The position numbers and the translations under genes were made by a program. Under the pieces are notes generated by a model. It did no database searches and was not told the DNA's origin. It was given only the letters and a program-made list of their open reading frames with translations. 64,000 bases of DNA from Dicyema japonicum (taxonomy: Eukaryota > Animalia > Dicyemida): the NCBI GenBank assembly GCA_011109175.1, contig RDEW01000009.1:1291652-1355651 (forward strand), in the 5' to 3' direction. Positions 63,876-64,000 of the stretch are shown in pieces; position 1 is the first letter of the stretch; every line of letters begins with the position of its first letter.

Positions 63876-64000
63876 ATGGACTTGATAAAAAACCTGAAAA
63901 GTATGAAAAACCGAAAAACCTTCAAAGGTGAGGGACACCGTCTTACAGATGAACCTAAAAAACAGTCTAATAATCCAACCTCGGAAACTCACACAAATCC
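63876..64000 (+). CDS. 5' end of a probable p97/VCP cofactor (UBXN6-like N-terminus or SHP-box protein), truncated by the window edge
   Basis: MDLIKNLKSMKNRKTFKGEGHRLTDEPKK...: FKGEGHRL fits FxGxGxxL. It follows an AT-rich island like the other genes. Confidence 0.45.
   Translation, partial: MDLIKNLKSMKNRKTFKGEGHRLTDEPKKQSNNPTSETHTN

Overview
This is AT-rich eukaryotic (animal-like) genomic DNA with a 975-N scaffold gap at 44519-45493. Host genes are sparse, compact and interrupted by ultra-short spliceosomal introns. I placed 38 introns by hand in six genes; 34 of the 37 unambiguous ones are 20-26 nt, with a mode of 22-23 nt. Supported host genes: Orai Ca2+ channel (-), a VWA + DUF4537-like protein, tRNA-Arg(CCT), a 26/29-kDa-type cathepsin L-like protease, XPB/ERCC3 helicase (13 introns), a secreted C-type lectin, CD2BP2-like (-), a membrane Ig-superfamily protein with a C-type lectin module inserted inside its first Ig domain, and the start of a probable UBXN6-like gene. 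The rest is mostly decayed mobile DNA: RTE-like, Jockey/CR1-like, CRE-like and R4/Dong-like non-LTR retrotransposons, Ginger/KRBA2-like integrase relics, hAT remnants, a foldback element with a target-site duplication (TSD), and a Polinton-like DNA polymerase B relic. The intron sizes and gene set suggest a highly reduced parasitic metazoan such as a dicyemid or myxozoan; this is inference only. All homology calls come from motif recognition by eye, not from searches. Several homopolymer indels and gap-flanking duplications suggest assembly error.
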